A stretch of 64,000 bases of DNA from Bacillota bacterium (lineage in GTDB: Bacteria > Bacillota > Dehalobacteriia > UBA4068): the NCBI GenBank assembly GCA_030527285.1, contig JAUNBC010000004.1, positions 5,781-69,780 on the forward strand, read 5' to 3'. The stretch's first letter is position 1. Every line of letters begins with the position of its first letter. Positions 1 to 9,345 of the stretch are shown here, piece by piece. The translations under genes and the position numbers were made by a program. The notes beneath the pieces are model-generated. The model had not been told where the DNA came from. It worked only from the letters and a program-made list of their open reading frames with translations, and did not search any database.

Positions 1-255
1 AGAATAGACACCACCGAGCCCCGAGCCAAGGAGATCGTTTCCGTGGCGGAGAAAATGATCACTCTCGGCAAAAAGGGCGATCTGGCCTCCCGCCGTTCGG
101 CGCTGGCCTATCTGACCGAAGAGGACGTGGTGTCCAAGCTGTTCGGCGAGATCGCCGAGAAGTACGCCGAGCGCGAGGGCGGATACACCCGCAGCGTCCG
201 CCTTGAGCAGCGTCGCGGCGACGCCGCGCAGATGGTGCGCATCGAGCTGGTCTAA
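1..255 (+). CDS. rplQ: 50S ribosomal protein L17, C-terminal part (5' end upstream of window)
   Basis: Frame 1 is open from nt 1. Translation [28 protein letters not shown]...[25 protein letters not shown] matches the L17 C-terminus. It is followed by the ecfA-ecfA-ecfT-truA-rplM-rpsI order typical of Firmicutes. Confidence 0.93.
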   Translation, partial: RIDTTEPRAKEIVSVAEKMITLGKKGDLASRRSALAYLTEEDVVSKLFGEIAEKYAEREGGYTRSVRLEQRRGDAAQMVRIELV

Positions 256-269
256 TCAAATAAGCCGAA

Positions 270-322
270 GGCGAGGGGCTATCCCCTCGCCGGCAAAAGG
301 CGGGCTGCCGGCCCGCCTTTTT
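270..322 (+). terminator. tandem hairpins with T-run after rplQ
   Basis: GGCGAGGGG-ctat-CCCCTCGCC (270-291), then GGCGGGC-tgccg-GCCCGCC (299-317) followed by TTTTT (318-322). Confidence 0.7.
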
Positions 323-339
323 AAGCAACTGGGATAACG

Positions 340-1179
340 ATGATACAGATACGCGGACTGACATTTTCATATGAGCAGGCGGAAGAAGCGGGCAAAAATG
401 CTCCGGTGCTGCTGGATATCGACCTCGATATCGAAGAAGGCGAATGGCTGGCGGTGATCGGGGCTAACGGCTCCGGCAAAAGCACGCTGGCGCGCCAGCT
501 AAACGGCCTGCTGCTGCCCGACAGCGGTACGGTGACGGTGGACGGCATGAGCACGCTGGACGGCGAGCTGCTGCCGCGTATCCGCGAGCGCGTGGCCTTC
601 GTTTTCCAGAACCCCGACAATCAGCTGGTAGCCAGCTCGGTGGAGGAGGATATCGCCTTCGGGCCGGAAAATCTCGGCCTGCCGCGCGAGCAGATCGGCG
701 AGCGTGTGGAGCGCGCCCTCGATATCACCGGCTTGCAGGATAAGCGCTTCAAGCCGCCGCATCTGTTGTCTGGCGGTGAAAAGCAGCGTGTGGCGATCGC
801 CGGCGCTTTAGCGATGGCCTCCAAATATATGGTGCTGGATGAGCCGACCTCGATGCTCGACCCGCAGCTGCGCGCCGACGTGCTGGCGACGCTGAACAGG
901 CTGCATCAGGAGCTGGGCATGGGCGTGGTCTATATCACCAATATCATGGAGGAGGCGCTGCTGGCGACGCGCATCGCGGTGCTGGACGCGGGGCGGCTGC
1001 TGCGCGTGGGCACGCCGGCGGAGATCTTCGCCGACGCCGAGTGGCTGCGCCGGCGTCAGTTAAATATGCCGCAGATCGGGCAGATCGCCGCATTGTTAGC
1101 CGCGCGCGGCTATCCGCGTTTGGCCGGCGTTCTGCGACAGCGGGAATTAGTAGAGAAAATCATCTCCGGAGACTTTTGA
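340..1179 (+). CDS. ecfA1: energy-coupling factor (ECF) transporter ATPase, housekeeping module
   Basis: Walker A GANGSGKST, ABC signature LSGGEKQR, Walker B MVLDEPTS. Canonical position after rplQ. Confidence 0.9.
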   Translation: MIQIRGLTFSYEQAEEAGKNAPVLLDIDLDIEEGEWLAVIGANGSGKSTLARQLNGLLLPDSGTVTVDGMSTLDGELLPRIRERVAFVFQNPDNQLVASSVEEDIAFGPENLGLPREQIGERVERALDITGLQDKRFKPPHLLSGGEKQRVAIAGALAMASKYMVLDEPTSMLDPQLRADVLATLNRLHQELGMGVVYITNIMEEALLATRIAVLDAGRLLRVGTPAEIFADAEWLRRRQLNMPQIGQIAALLAARGYPRLAGVLRQRELVEKIISGDF

Positions 1180-2024
1180 TGCAGATCAAGGTCGAGCATT
1201 TGAATTTCATATATCAGCCGCAATCCCCCTCGGCCAGCACCGCGCTGCACGATATCAGCTTTGAGATCGCGCGCGGCGAATTGGTGGCGTTGGTCGGCCA
1301 TGGCGGCAGCGGCAAGAGCACGCTGGCTTTCAATCTGGCCGGCCTCTATCAGCCGAGCGCGGGTACGGTCAGCGTCGACGGCCATAGCGCCGGCAAGAAC
1401 GGCGTGTTCTCGCAGGTGGGGCTGGTGTTCCAATATCCGGAGCAGCAGCTGTTCGGCGAGACCGTGTTCGAGGAGGTAGCCTTTGGCGCGCGCAATTTCG
1501 GCGCGGCGGAGAGCAGCTTGCCGCAAAAGGTGCGCGAAGCCTTGGAGCGCGTGGGGCTGGACGCGGATAAATTGTGGCATCGCTCGCCCTTCGCCCTGTC
1601 GGGCGGGCAGAAACGCCGCGTCTGCATTGCCGGTACGCTGGCTGTGGACCCGGAAGTGTATATATTAGACGAGCCGACCGCCGGTTTGGATGAAGGCGGG
1701 CGGCTGTGGATGCTGGAATTGCTGCGCGAATTGCATCAGCAGGGCAAGACGGTGATCTGGATCAGCCATAATATGGCGGAGGTGGCGGAGCTGGCCGAGC
1801 GCGTGCTGGTGCTGGCGGACGGGCGCTTGCTGTTCGACGGCGCGCCGGCCGCTTTGTTCGACGACGGCGCGCTGCTGGCGGCGGCGGGTCTGCGCATACC
1901 GCCGGCGGCGAGTCTGGTGCGCGAATTGCGTCAGCGCGGCGCGGAGCTGCCGGCGCGGGCGGTGACTGTCGAGCAGGCGGCGGCGGAGATCGGCGAGTGG
2001 CTGGAGGTGCGGCGCGATGCTTAA
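1179..2024 (+). CDS. ecfA2: ECF transporter ATPase (second subunit)
   Basis: Start MQIKVEHLNFIYQ. The ATG overlaps the ecfA1 stop (TGATG). Walker A GHGGSGKST, signature LSGGQKRR, Walker B ILDEPTAGLD. The track ORF from 1041 is an in-frame upstream extension overlapping ecfA1. Confidence 0.9.
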   Translation: MQIKVEHLNFIYQPQSPSASTALHDISFEIARGELVALVGHGGSGKSTLAFNLAGLYQPSAGTVSVDGHSAGKNGVFSQVGLVFQYPEQQLFGETVFEEVAFGARNFGAAESSLPQKVREALERVGLDADKLWHRSPFALSGGQKRRVCIAGTLAVDPEVYILDEPTAGLDEGGRLWMLELLRELHQQGKTVIWISHNMAEVAELAERVLVLADGRLLFDGAPAALFDDGALLAAAGLRIPPAASLVRELRQRGAELPARAVTVEQAAAEIGEWLEVRRDA

Positions 2025-2823
2025 AGAGAAGCTGCTGCTCGGCCAGTATTATGCCGTGGAGTCGCCGGTGCATCGTCTGACGGCGCAGGTCAAGATCATC
2101 ATCGCCGTCATTTATATGGTCGCGCTGTTCATCACCGACGACTGGTGGGGCTGGGGCTTTTTGGCCGCGCTATGTCTGGTGATGATCGCCGTGTCGCGAG
2201 TGCCGCTATTGTCGATCTGGCGCGGCATGAAGCTGATCGCCATTTTCGCCGCCTTTACCTTTGTGCTGAACATTTTCCTCTACGGCGGCGATACGCTGCT
2301 GTGGAGCTGGCGTAGTCTCAGCGTTACCGCCGAGGGTATAGTTTATGGCGCCGCCATGGGTCTGCGGCTGCTGTTGCTGGTGGCCTTCGCCTCGCTGCTG
2401 ACGCTGACCACCACGCCGATAGAGCTGACCGACGGCATCGAGGCGCTGCTCAAGCCGCTGAAGCTGCTCGGCGTGCCGGCGCATGAGATCGCGATGATGA
2501 TGTCGATCGCGCTGCGCTTCATCCCGACGATACTCGAGGAATTCGACCGCATCATCCTGGCACAGCGGGCGCGCGGCGCTGATTTGGCCGCCGGCAATCT
2601 GTTCAAGCGCGCGCGGGCGATGGTGCCGCTGCTGGTGCCGTTATTCGTCGCCTCCTTCCGCCGTGCCGACGAGCTGGCGCAGGCCATGGAGGCCAAGGGG
2701 TATAGCGGCGGCGAGGGGCGCACGCGCTGGCATGTGGCGGCGTGGCATAGCGGCGACACGCTGGCGCTGCTGCTGTTTATGTTGCTGTTCGGCGCGGTTA
2801 TAGCTTATCGGGTGATCTGCTGA
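2017..2823 (+). CDS. ecfT: ECF transporter transmembrane (T) component
   Basis: Multi-TM protein with the EcfT/CbiQ coupling motifs (ILAQRARGAD, AQAMEAKGY). 8-nt overlap with ecfA2. Confidence 0.9.
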   Translation: MLKEKLLLGQYYAVESPVHRLTAQVKIIIAVIYMVALFITDDWWGWGFLAALCLVMIAVSRVPLLSIWRGMKLIAIFAAFTFVLNIFLYGGDTLLWSWRSLSVTAEGIVYGAAMGLRLLLLVAFASLLTLTTTPIELTDGIEALLKPLKLLGVPAHEIAMMMSIALRFIPTILEEFDRIILAQRARGADLAAGNLFKRARAMVPLLVPLFVASFRRADELAQAMEAKGYSGGEGRTRWHVAAWHSGDTLALLLFMLLFGAVIAYRVIC

Positions 2824-3617
2824 TGGATAATATCAAGCTGATACTGCAATATGACGGCGGCGCGTACGTGGGCTGGCAAAGGCAGCCCCGACGCTGCGGC
2901 ATGTCGGTGCAGCAGCGTGTCGAGGACGCGTTATCCGAGCTGTACGGCGAGACGATCGCCGTCAACGGCGCGGGACGCACCGACAGCGGCGTGCATGCCT
3001 ATGCGCAGGTCGCCAACTATCTTAGCGCGCGGCCGTTGCCGGTGCAGCGTATTGCGCCGGCGCTCAACCGCCTGCTGCCCGCCGATATCCGCGCCGTCAG
3101 CGCCGAGCTGATGGCGGAGGACTTTCATCCGCGCTTCAGCGCGCATCGCAAGACCTACCGCTATCTGCTGGAGCGGGGGCGGCGTGTGTCGGCCTTTGGC
3201 ACGGGATATAGCTGGCAGGTGGCGCAGGAGCTGGACGTGGCGGCGATGCGCCGCGCGGCGGAGCTGCTGCGCGGCGAGCATGACTTTCGCCATTTTACGC
3301 TGACCAAGGCCAGCGTCAGTAATTACGTGCGTAATATCAGCGCGATCAGTATTTACGAGCCGCCGGCAGAGCAGGGGTTTTTCCCGTGGCAGCAGCTATG
3401 CCGGCCGCTGGCGGTCGAGGTCACGGCCAACGGCTTTTTGTATAAGATGATGCGCATTATCAGCGCGCGTTTGACGGCGGTGGGCAGCGGCGAGCTCAGC
3501 GAGCAACAATTCGCCGGCTTCTTAACCGGAGAGTATTGGCGCAATATCCCGCCCGCGCCGCCGCAGGGTCTGATGCTGATGAACGTCGAGTATTTTTCAG
3601 CGAAAAACGCAGGATAA
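2823..3617 (+). CDS. truA: tRNA pseudouridine(38-40) synthase
   Basis: Catalytic-Asp motif NGAGRTDSGVHA. The ATG overlaps the ecfT stop (TGATG). Conserved synteny. Confidence 0.93.
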   Translation: MDNIKLILQYDGGAYVGWQRQPRRCGMSVQQRVEDALSELYGETIAVNGAGRTDSGVHAYAQVANYLSARPLPVQRIAPALNRLLPADIRAVSAELMAEDFHPRFSAHRKTYRYLLERGRRVSAFGTGYSWQVAQELDVAAMRRAAELLRGEHDFRHFTLTKASVSNYVRNISAISIYEPPAEQGFFPWQQLCRPLAVEVTANGFLYKMMRIISARLTAVGSGELSEQQFAGFLTGEYWRNIPPAPPQGLMLMNVEYFSAKNAG

Positions 3618-3631
3618 CGGTGATATTTTCC

Positions 3632-3660
3632 TTGACATTGTCAGGGAGCGCCGATATAAT
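3632..3660 (+). promoter_or_regulatory. sigma-A type promoter for rplM-rpsI
   Basis: Perfect TTGACA (3632-3637), 17-nt spacer, perfect TATAAT (3655-3660). Confidence 0.75.
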
Positions 3661-3796
3661 ATATAGGTACGCCGTTTGACTTCCGCCCCGTTGGCAAGCG
3701 GCCGTAAACCGCGGTCACGCGCATATTCCGTCTTCTCAAACGGAGAGCGCGGCGCGCGGAGCAGCATTACAGCGATATTTTAAGGAGGAAGCACTC
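3661..3796 (+). promoter_or_regulatory. about 136-nt 5' leader of rplM, candidate ribosomal-protein (L13-type) autoregulatory leader
   Basis: Long GC-rich untranslated leader between a consensus promoter and the rplM RBS (AAGGAGGA 3782-3789). No covariance model was run. Confidence 0.3.
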
Positions 3797-4228
3797 GTGA
3801 CTAACACATATATGGCCAAGCCCGCCGATATCGAGAAGAAATGGTATATCATCGACGCGGCTGATCGGGCGTTGGGCCGCACCGCGACCGAAGCCGCCCG
3901 CCTGCTGCGCGGCAAGCATAAGCCGATCTTTACGCCGAATATCGATACCGGTGATTTCGTTATCGTGATCAACGCCGAAAAAGCGCTGCTTACCGGCAAT
4001 AAACTCGCACAGAAGAAATATTATCGTCATTCCGGTTATCCGGGCGGTTTGAAAGAAATATCTTATGATGATCTGATGGCCAAGCGTCCGGTGCTGGCGG
4101 TAGAGAAAGCGATCAAGGGCATGCTGCCTCATAACCGTCTCGGCCGCGCGCAGGGCAGGAAGCTCAAGGTCTATGCCGGCAGCGAACATCCGCACGCCGC
4201 GCAGCAGCCCGAGCTCTGGGAATTCTAA
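3797..4228 (+). CDS. rplM: 50S ribosomal protein L13
   Basis: GTG start 7 nt after [29 protein letters not shown]...[26 protein letters not shown] matches L13. Confidence 0.95.
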   Translation: MTNTYMAKPADIEKKWYIIDAADRALGRTATEAARLLRGKHKPIFTPNIDTGDFVIVINAEKALLTGNKLAQKKYYRHSGYPGGLKEISYDDLMAKRPVLAVEKAIKGMLPHNRLGRAQGRKLKVYAGSEHPHAAQQPELWEF

Positions 4229-4253
4229 TCTAAAGGGAGGAGGAGTTAATCAC

Positions 4254-4649
4254 ATGGCAGAATCTACGAAATTCTACGGCACAGGCCGGCGCAAAAACGC
4301 GATCGCCAAGGTGTGGCTGACGGCCGGTAACGGTCAGGTCACGATCAACAAAAGAGGCTTAGGCGAGTATTTCGGCAAAAAGACTCTGGAAATGATCGTC
4401 AAACAGCCGCTCGCATTGACCTCCACTTTGGATAAATATGACGTGGTGGCCAGCGTTCACGGCGGCGGCACTACCGGTCAGGCCGGCGCGGTGCGTCATG
4501 GTATCGCTCGCGCTTTGGTACAGGCGGACGCCGAATTGCGTCCCGCTTTGAAGGCCGCCGGGTTTATGACCCGCGACCCGAGAATGAAGGAAAGACGCAA
4601 ATACGGCTTGAAGAAAGCGCGCAAGGCGTCCCAGTTCTCCAAGCGTTAA
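4254..4649 (+). CDS. rpsI: 30S ribosomal protein S9
   Basis: Start [22 protein letters not shown] after GGAGGAGG. C-terminus [12 protein letters not shown]. The track ORF start at 4173 overlaps rplM and was rejected. Confidence 0.95.
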   Translation: MAESTKFYGTGRRKNAIAKVWLTAGNGQVTINKRGLGEYFGKKTLEMIVKQPLALTSTLDKYDVVASVHGGGTTGQAGAVRHGIARALVQADAELRPALKAAGFMTRDPRMKERRKYGLKKARKASQFSKR

Positions 4650-4663
4650 TCTATTGCCAGGCG

Positions 4664-4696
4664 AAAGCAAGCATATACCTCGTATGCTTGCTTTTC
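4664..4696 (+). terminator. rho-independent terminator after rpsI
   Basis: 11-bp stem AAGCAAGCATA / TATGCTTGCTT (4665-4675 / 4683-4693), 7-nt loop, T-rich tail. Confidence 0.7.
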
Positions 4697-4732
4697 CTTA
4701 ATAAGCGCGTGGAAAAGGCAAAAGCGGAGGTA

Positions 4733-5221
4733 ATGATGAGCGAACAGAGGCTTACGCATTTAGATGACAAAGGACGGGCGCATATGGTGGACGTATCGGC
4801 CAAAAGCGCGACGCTGCGCATCGCCACGGCGCGCGGCTGGGTGCAGATGCAGTCGGAAACGCTGCGGCTGATCGAGAGCAGGGGCGTGGCCAAGGGCGAC
4901 GTACTGGCGGTGGCGCAGGTGGCGGCGATCATGGCGGCCAAGCGCACGCCGGAGCTGATACCGATGTGCCACCCGCTGCAATTATCGGCGATATCCATGG
5001 ACTTTGCGCTCGATCATCAGCTCAATCGCGTCAATATCGAGGCCACGGTACGCTGCACCGGCAAGACCGGCGTGGAGATCGAGGCGCTGACCGCCGTGTC
5101 GGTGGCCGGTCTGACCATCTACGATATGTGCAAGGCCGTGGATCGCGCCATGGTGATCGGCGATATCCGGCTGATGATGAAAAGCGGCGGCAAAAGCGGC
5201 GTCTATCAGCGCAAGGATTGA
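4733..5221 (+). CDS. moaC: cyclic pyranopterin monophosphate synthase MoaC
   Basis: MMSEQRLTHLDDKGRAHMVDVSAK...IPMCHPL...GVEIEALTAVSVAGLTIYDMCKA is typical MoaC. The second ATG at 4736 has better spacing to GGAGG (4726-4730), so the start may be 4736. Confidence 0.9.
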   Translation: MMSEQRLTHLDDKGRAHMVDVSAKSATLRIATARGWVQMQSETLRLIESRGVAKGDVLAVAQVAAIMAAKRTPELIPMCHPLQLSAISMDFALDHQLNRVNIEATVRCTGKTGVEIEALTAVSVAGLTIYDMCKAVDRAMVIGDIRLMMKSGGKSGVYQRKD

Positions 5222-5907
5222 GCGTTGTAATAGTCGATAACGCCGCTGTATATGGCCAGCGCTACTTGCCATTGATAATCATTGTCCATTAAAAGGGCTT
5301 CTTCTTCCGCATTGGAGAGGAAGCCCGTTTCTACTATCACCGCCGCCATATCGAGGTTTTTCAGCAAATAGGAGCCGTTATGCACAAGCGCGCTGCGCTG
5401 ATTATCGCCCAGCTCAGCGATCAGCGCGGCTTGCAGCAGCTCGGCCAACTGCTGCCCGCGCTCGTTGCCGCGCTGATAAAAGCATTGCGCGCCATGCTGC
5501 GAGCGGTCGGCGACAAAACTGTTGGCATGCACGGAGATGAACATATCCGCCTGCGCCTGCTCGGCTAACTGCCGCCGCGCCGCCATGTCCGCCGCCTTAT
5601 CCGCGCCCAGTACCGCGTCGTCCTCACGGGTCAGCAGTACGGTCGCGCCGCCGGCGCGCAGATACTCGGCCAGCTTCTTGGCGATGGCGAGGTCGATATC
5701 CTTCTCCAGAGCGCCACTCGTGCCGATCATCCCCGGATCCCAATCGCCATGCCCCGCGTCCACAACTATCGTATGCCCGAGCAGCGCCGCCGACAGCGCG
5801 GGTCGGGACGGCTGCTGCAGCAGCAGCCAGCGCGCGCTGCCGAGCAGCGTCAATATCAGCGCTCCGATCAGCAGCGAACGCAAAGCGGCGGTGCGCGGTA
5901 TCTGCAT
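5206..5907 (-). CDS. cwlD: N-acetylmuramoyl-L-alanine amidase, CwlD-type (spore cortex muramic-lactam formation)
   Basis: N-terminal TM segment, then Amidase_3 motifs IVVDAGHGDWDPG, FISVHANS, VETGFLSN. About 233 aa, as for CwlD. The 3' end overlaps moaC by 16 nt (convergent). Confidence 0.85.
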   Translation of the reverse strand: MQIPRTAALRSLLIGALILTLLGSARWLLLQQPSRPALSAALLGHTIVVDAGHGDWDPGMIGTSGALEKDIDLAIAKKLAEYLRAGGATVLLTREDDAVLGADKAADMAARRQLAEQAQADMFISVHANSFVADRSQHGAQCFYQRGNERGQQLAELLQAALIAELGDNQRSALVHNGSYLLKNLDMAAVIVETGFLSNAEEEALLMDNDYQWQVALAIYSGVIDYYNAQSLR

Positions 5908-5956
5908 ATTCGCCTTTGCCCTTTCCTAAATGGCGGTTATGTAATGATCATATTCC

Positions 5957-5986
5957 GGCATACGGGCTTTCTATTCCTCATATATT
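5957..5986 (+). promoter_or_regulatory. candidate sigma-E type sporulation promoter upstream of the pdaB-like gene
   Basis: GGCATACG (5957-5964), 14 nt, CATATATT (5979-5986), compared with my recollection of the sigma-E consensus (GKCATATT-14-CATACAHT). Confidence 0.35.
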
Positions 5987-6012
5987 TTCTTATCAGAAAA
6001 GGGGGAATAGAT

Positions 6013-6717
6013 ATGCAGGCGTTTTATATATCGAAAAGGAGCGGCGGACTGGCGCTGGCCTATGTGCTGGCGCTGTTGCTGCTGCTGGCGGGAGCGCGGA
6101 TATTCCTGCCGCCGGCCGAGACCGCCTCCGCCGCCTATCGCAGCGGCAGCGGCAGCCAACAGGTGGCGAGCTTGAGCGTCAACGTCGATTGGGGCAATGA
6201 GTATATACCGGCTATCTTGGAGGCGCTGGCGCAGGCCGAGGTCAAGGCCACCTTCTTTTTGAGCGGACGCTGGGCGGACGAATACCCCGAGCTGGCCAGG
6301 AGCATCGCCGACGCCGGACATGAGATCGGCAATCACGGCTATTCGCATACCAGTCCCAATGCCAGCAGCGTCGAGCAGATCATCGACGAGATCGAGCGCA
6401 CCGAGCAGGCAATAGAGAAAGCTGCCGGCGTGCGGACGCGCTTATACGCGCCGCCTTCCGGCGAGGAGCAGCCGCATGTGCTGGAGGCGGCGACCGAGGC
6501 CGGTTATCAGATGATATTATGGAGCGTCGATACCATTGATTGGCAGCAGCCGCCGGCGCAAACGATCATCGAGCGGGTGTTGGGCAAGCTGCATGCGGGG
6601 GCGATCATCCTCGCTCATCCCACCGCCGGCACGGCGGAGGCGCTGCCGCAGCTGTTGGAGCAGATGAAGGCGGAGGGCTACAGCCTTGTCACGGTATCCG
6701 AAAATCTCGGCTTATAA
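6013..6717 (+). CDS. polysaccharide deacetylase family sporulation protein (PdaB-like)
   Basis: Start MQAFYISKRSGG after AAAAGGGGGAA. N-terminal TM segment. NodB-domain motifs with VNVDWG in place of TFDDG, then HEIGNHGYSH, LYAPPSG, IILAHP. Confidence 0.8.
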   Translation: MQAFYISKRSGGLALAYVLALLLLLAGARIFLPPAETASAAYRSGSGSQQVASLSVNVDWGNEYIPAILEALAQAEVKATFFLSGRWADEYPELARSIADAGHEIGNHGYSHTSPNASSVEQIIDEIERTEQAIEKAAGVRTRLYAPPSGEEQPHVLEAATEAGYQMILWSVDTIDWQQPPAQTIIERVLGKLHAGAIILAHPTAGTAEALPQLLEQMKAEGYSLVTVSENLGL

Positions 6718-7549
6718 GCGCTTTGCCGGCTGGCTGCTGCTGTTCAGCCTGCTGCTGGCGGCGGCCTATGCCCTGTTACCGGCGGCAGCGCCCGCGCCTG
6801 ACGATGCTCCGGCCGAGGCCGGACAGCCGCCTTATGTGACGGCGTTGGCCGGCGTGGTCATCGACGCGCACAGCGGGCAGGCGTTGCAGAGCATCAACGC
6901 CGATATGCAGCTGCCGCCGGCTTCTACCGGCAAGGTGCTGACGGCGCTGCTGACGCTCGATCTATGCGCCGATCTCCAGCGGCAGACCCTGGTATCTACG
7001 GCGGCGGCGGCGGTCGGCGATTCGTCGATGGGGCTTGTGGCGGGGGAGATCATCAGCGTCGAGCATCTGCTGTACGGAGCGCTGCTGCATTCGGGGAACG
7101 ACGCCTGCTATGCGCTGGCCGAGGCCACGCTGGGCAGCGAGCCGTTCTTCGTGTGGCTGCTGAATATCAAGGCGCAGGCGATCGGCGCGCAGCACAGCAA
7201 TTTTACCAATACCAACGGCCTGCCCGATGACGAGCATTACAGCAGCGCCGCCGATCTGGCACAGATCACCCGCCATGCGCTGAACAATGACTTCTTCGCC
7301 GCTACTGTGGCCAGCAAATACATGGGCTTTGGCAGCGAGAGCAATTACCGCTATTATCAGAACACCAATAAATTATTGTGGCAGGACGAGCATATAGTCG
7401 GCGTTAAGACCGGCACTACCAATGCCGCCGGCCCCTGCCTGATCGCCGCCTATCGCGACGGCGAACGGCTGTATATCGCCGTGGCCTTGAACAGCGCCGA
7501 CCGCTATGGCGACTGCTACCGGCTGCTGTGCTATGCGGCGGCAAAATAG
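6686..7549 (+). CDS. D-alanyl-D-alanine carboxypeptidase (serine peptidase S11)
   Basis: TTG start 8 nt after GGAGGG (6672-6677). Signal peptide. SxxK (ASTGKV), SxN (HSGND) and KTG (KTGTT) motifs. 32-nt overlap with the upstream gene. Confidence 0.85.
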   Translation: MSRYPKISAYKRFAGWLLLFSLLLAAAYALLPAAAPAPDDAPAEAGQPPYVTALAGVVIDAHSGQALQSINADMQLPPASTGKVLTALLTLDLCADLQRQTLVSTAAAAVGDSSMGLVAGEIISVEHLLYGALLHSGNDACYALAEATLGSEPFFVWLLNIKAQAIGAQHSNFTNTNGLPDDEHYSSAADLAQITRHALNNDFFAATVASKYMGFGSESNYRYYQNTNKLLWQDEHIVGVKTGTTNAAGPCLIAAYRDGERLYIAVALNSADRYGDCYRLLCYAAAK

Positions 7550-7617
7550 AGGTTTTTGGCCGCTATTGCCGAAATTCCTATTAGCGTCCGACAACGGACG
7601 GCGGATAGGAGAAAGCA

Positions 7618-8868
7618 ATGGCGGAAAAGATCATCCTGGATAATGGCTTACGCATCGTCTGCGAGCCGATGCCGCATCTGCATTCGGTAGCTACCGGCTT
7701 ATGGGTGAACAGCGGTTCGGCGGCGGAGCCGGAGCAGCTGGCCGGAGTCTCGCATTTTCTCGAGCATATGCTGTTCAAGGGCACAGCCAAGCGCGGTGCG
7801 GCGGAGATATCGCGGGTGATGGATGGCGTGGGCGGCGTGCTCAACGCTTTTACCGGCAAGGAGCAGACCTGTTTCTATACGCGCTGCCTCGACGAGCATT
7901 TTGAGCTGGGGCTGGAGCTGCTGGCTGATATGTGCCTCAATTCGCTGCTCGACGGCGAGCAATTCGACCGCGAAAAGCAGGTGATCGTGGAGGAGATAAA
8001 TATGTACGAGGACAGCCCCGACGAGGTGGCGGGCGATCTGTTCGCCCGTACCTTGTGGCCGGAGCATAGCTACGGCCGTTCGGTGGCGGGCAGCCTGAGC
8101 AGCGTCGGCGCTTTGGGGCGCGATGCGATGTATGACTATTGGCGCATGGCTTACACGCCGGCGCAGGCGGTGCTGGCGGTGGCCGGTAATATCGAGCCGC
8201 GTCAGGTGGTCGAGCAGGCGCGGCGCTATCTGGGCGGCTTCAGCGGCGGCGCGGGCGCAGCGAGCTTGAACGCGCCGCGTCAGCAGGGCGGCCAGGCCTA
8301 TATATACAAGGATATCGAGCAGACGCATATCTGCCTGGGTCTGGGCGGCGTAGCGGTAGACGACGCGGACTATTTCCCGCTCTATGTGCTGGTCAACGCC
8401 TTGGGCGGCGGCGCCAGCGCGCGGCTGTTCCAGGAGGTGCGGGAAAAGCGCGGTTTGGCTTACAGCGCCTACTGCTTTCTCGACAGCTATAAATTAAGCG
8501 GCGCGGTCTGCGCCTATGCGGCTACGCAGCCGCAGCAGGCCGAGGAATTGGCGCGGGTGATGGCGGGGCAGTTCGCCGACGTGGCCGAGCACGGTTTGAG
8601 CGGCGAGGAGCTGGAGCGCAGCAAAAATCAGCTCAAGGGCAGCCTGCTGCTGGGCGCGGAAAATCCGGTCACGGTCATGGGCAAGCTCGGCCGCTTCCTC
8701 TGCTCTTTGGACGAGCTGTATTCGCTGGAGCATACGGTGGCGCAGTTAGCGGCGGTCAGCAGCGATGATATACGCCGCGTCACGGCGCGGCTGTTCGTGC
8801 CCGGGCAGCTGGCGTTGGCGCAGGTGGGGCCGCGCGAGGCCGAGTTGGACGCGAAGGAGCTGTTTTAA
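7618..8868 (+). CDS. M16 family zinc peptidase (insulinase-like)
   Basis: Inverted zinc motif [10 protein letters not shown]. 416 aa. RBS AGGAGA upstream. Confidence 0.85.
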   Translation: MAEKIILDNGLRIVCEPMPHLHSVATGLWVNSGSAAEPEQLAGVSHFLEHMLFKGTAKRGAAEISRVMDGVGGVLNAFTGKEQTCFYTRCLDEHFELGLELLADMCLNSLLDGEQFDREKQVIVEEINMYEDSPDEVAGDLFARTLWPEHSYGRSVAGSLSSVGALGRDAMYDYWRMAYTPAQAVLAVAGNIEPRQVVEQARRYLGGFSGGAGAASLNAPRQQGGQAYIYKDIEQTHICLGLGGVAVDDADYFPLYVLVNALGGGASARLFQEVREKRGLAYSAYCFLDSYKLSGAVCAYAATQPQQAEELARVMAGQFADVAEHGLSGEELERSKNQLKGSLLLGAENPVTVMGKLGRFLCSLDELYSLEHTVAQLAAVSSDDIRRVTARLFVPGQLALAQVGPREAELDAKELF

Positions 8869-9308
8869 TGAAGATAGCGGTACGCTTATTGGAGCATGGG
8901 CGGGGATTGCCGCTGCCGTCCTATGCCAGCGCACAGGCGGCGGGGCTGGATATCGCCGCCGCCTGCACGGAGGATATACTGCTGCCGCCGCTGGCGCATA
9001 CGCTGGTACCGGCGGGCTTTTGTCTGGAGCTGCCGCCGGGATATGAGGCGCAGATACGCCCGCGCAGCGGCTTGGCGGCGCGGCAGGGCGTGACCGTGCT
9101 CAACAGCCCCGGCACCATCGACGCGGACTATCGCGGCGAGGTCAAGGTGCTGCTGATCAATTTGGGCGCGGAAGATTTCGTCATCAGCCGCGGTATGCGC
9201 ATCGCGCAAATGGTGATCGCGCCGGTGATACGGGCCGAGCTGTTGGAGGCGGAAGCGCTGGCGGAGACCGAGCGCGGCGACGGCGGCTTCGGCCATACGG
9301 GTATATAA
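8868..9308 (+). CDS. dut: dUTP diphosphatase
   Basis: Motifs [29 protein letters not shown]. The ATG overlaps the upstream TAA. Confidence 0.93.
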   Translation: MKIAVRLLEHGRGLPLPSYASAQAAGLDIAAACTEDILLPPLAHTLVPAGFCLELPPGYEAQIRPRSGLAARQGVTVLNSPGTIDADYRGEVKVLLINLGAEDFVISRGMRIAQMVIAPVIRAELLEAEALAETERGDGGFGHTGI

Positions 9309-9345
9309 GCGCGATCTTGCGCATAAGCTGTGACGAGGTGATAGT

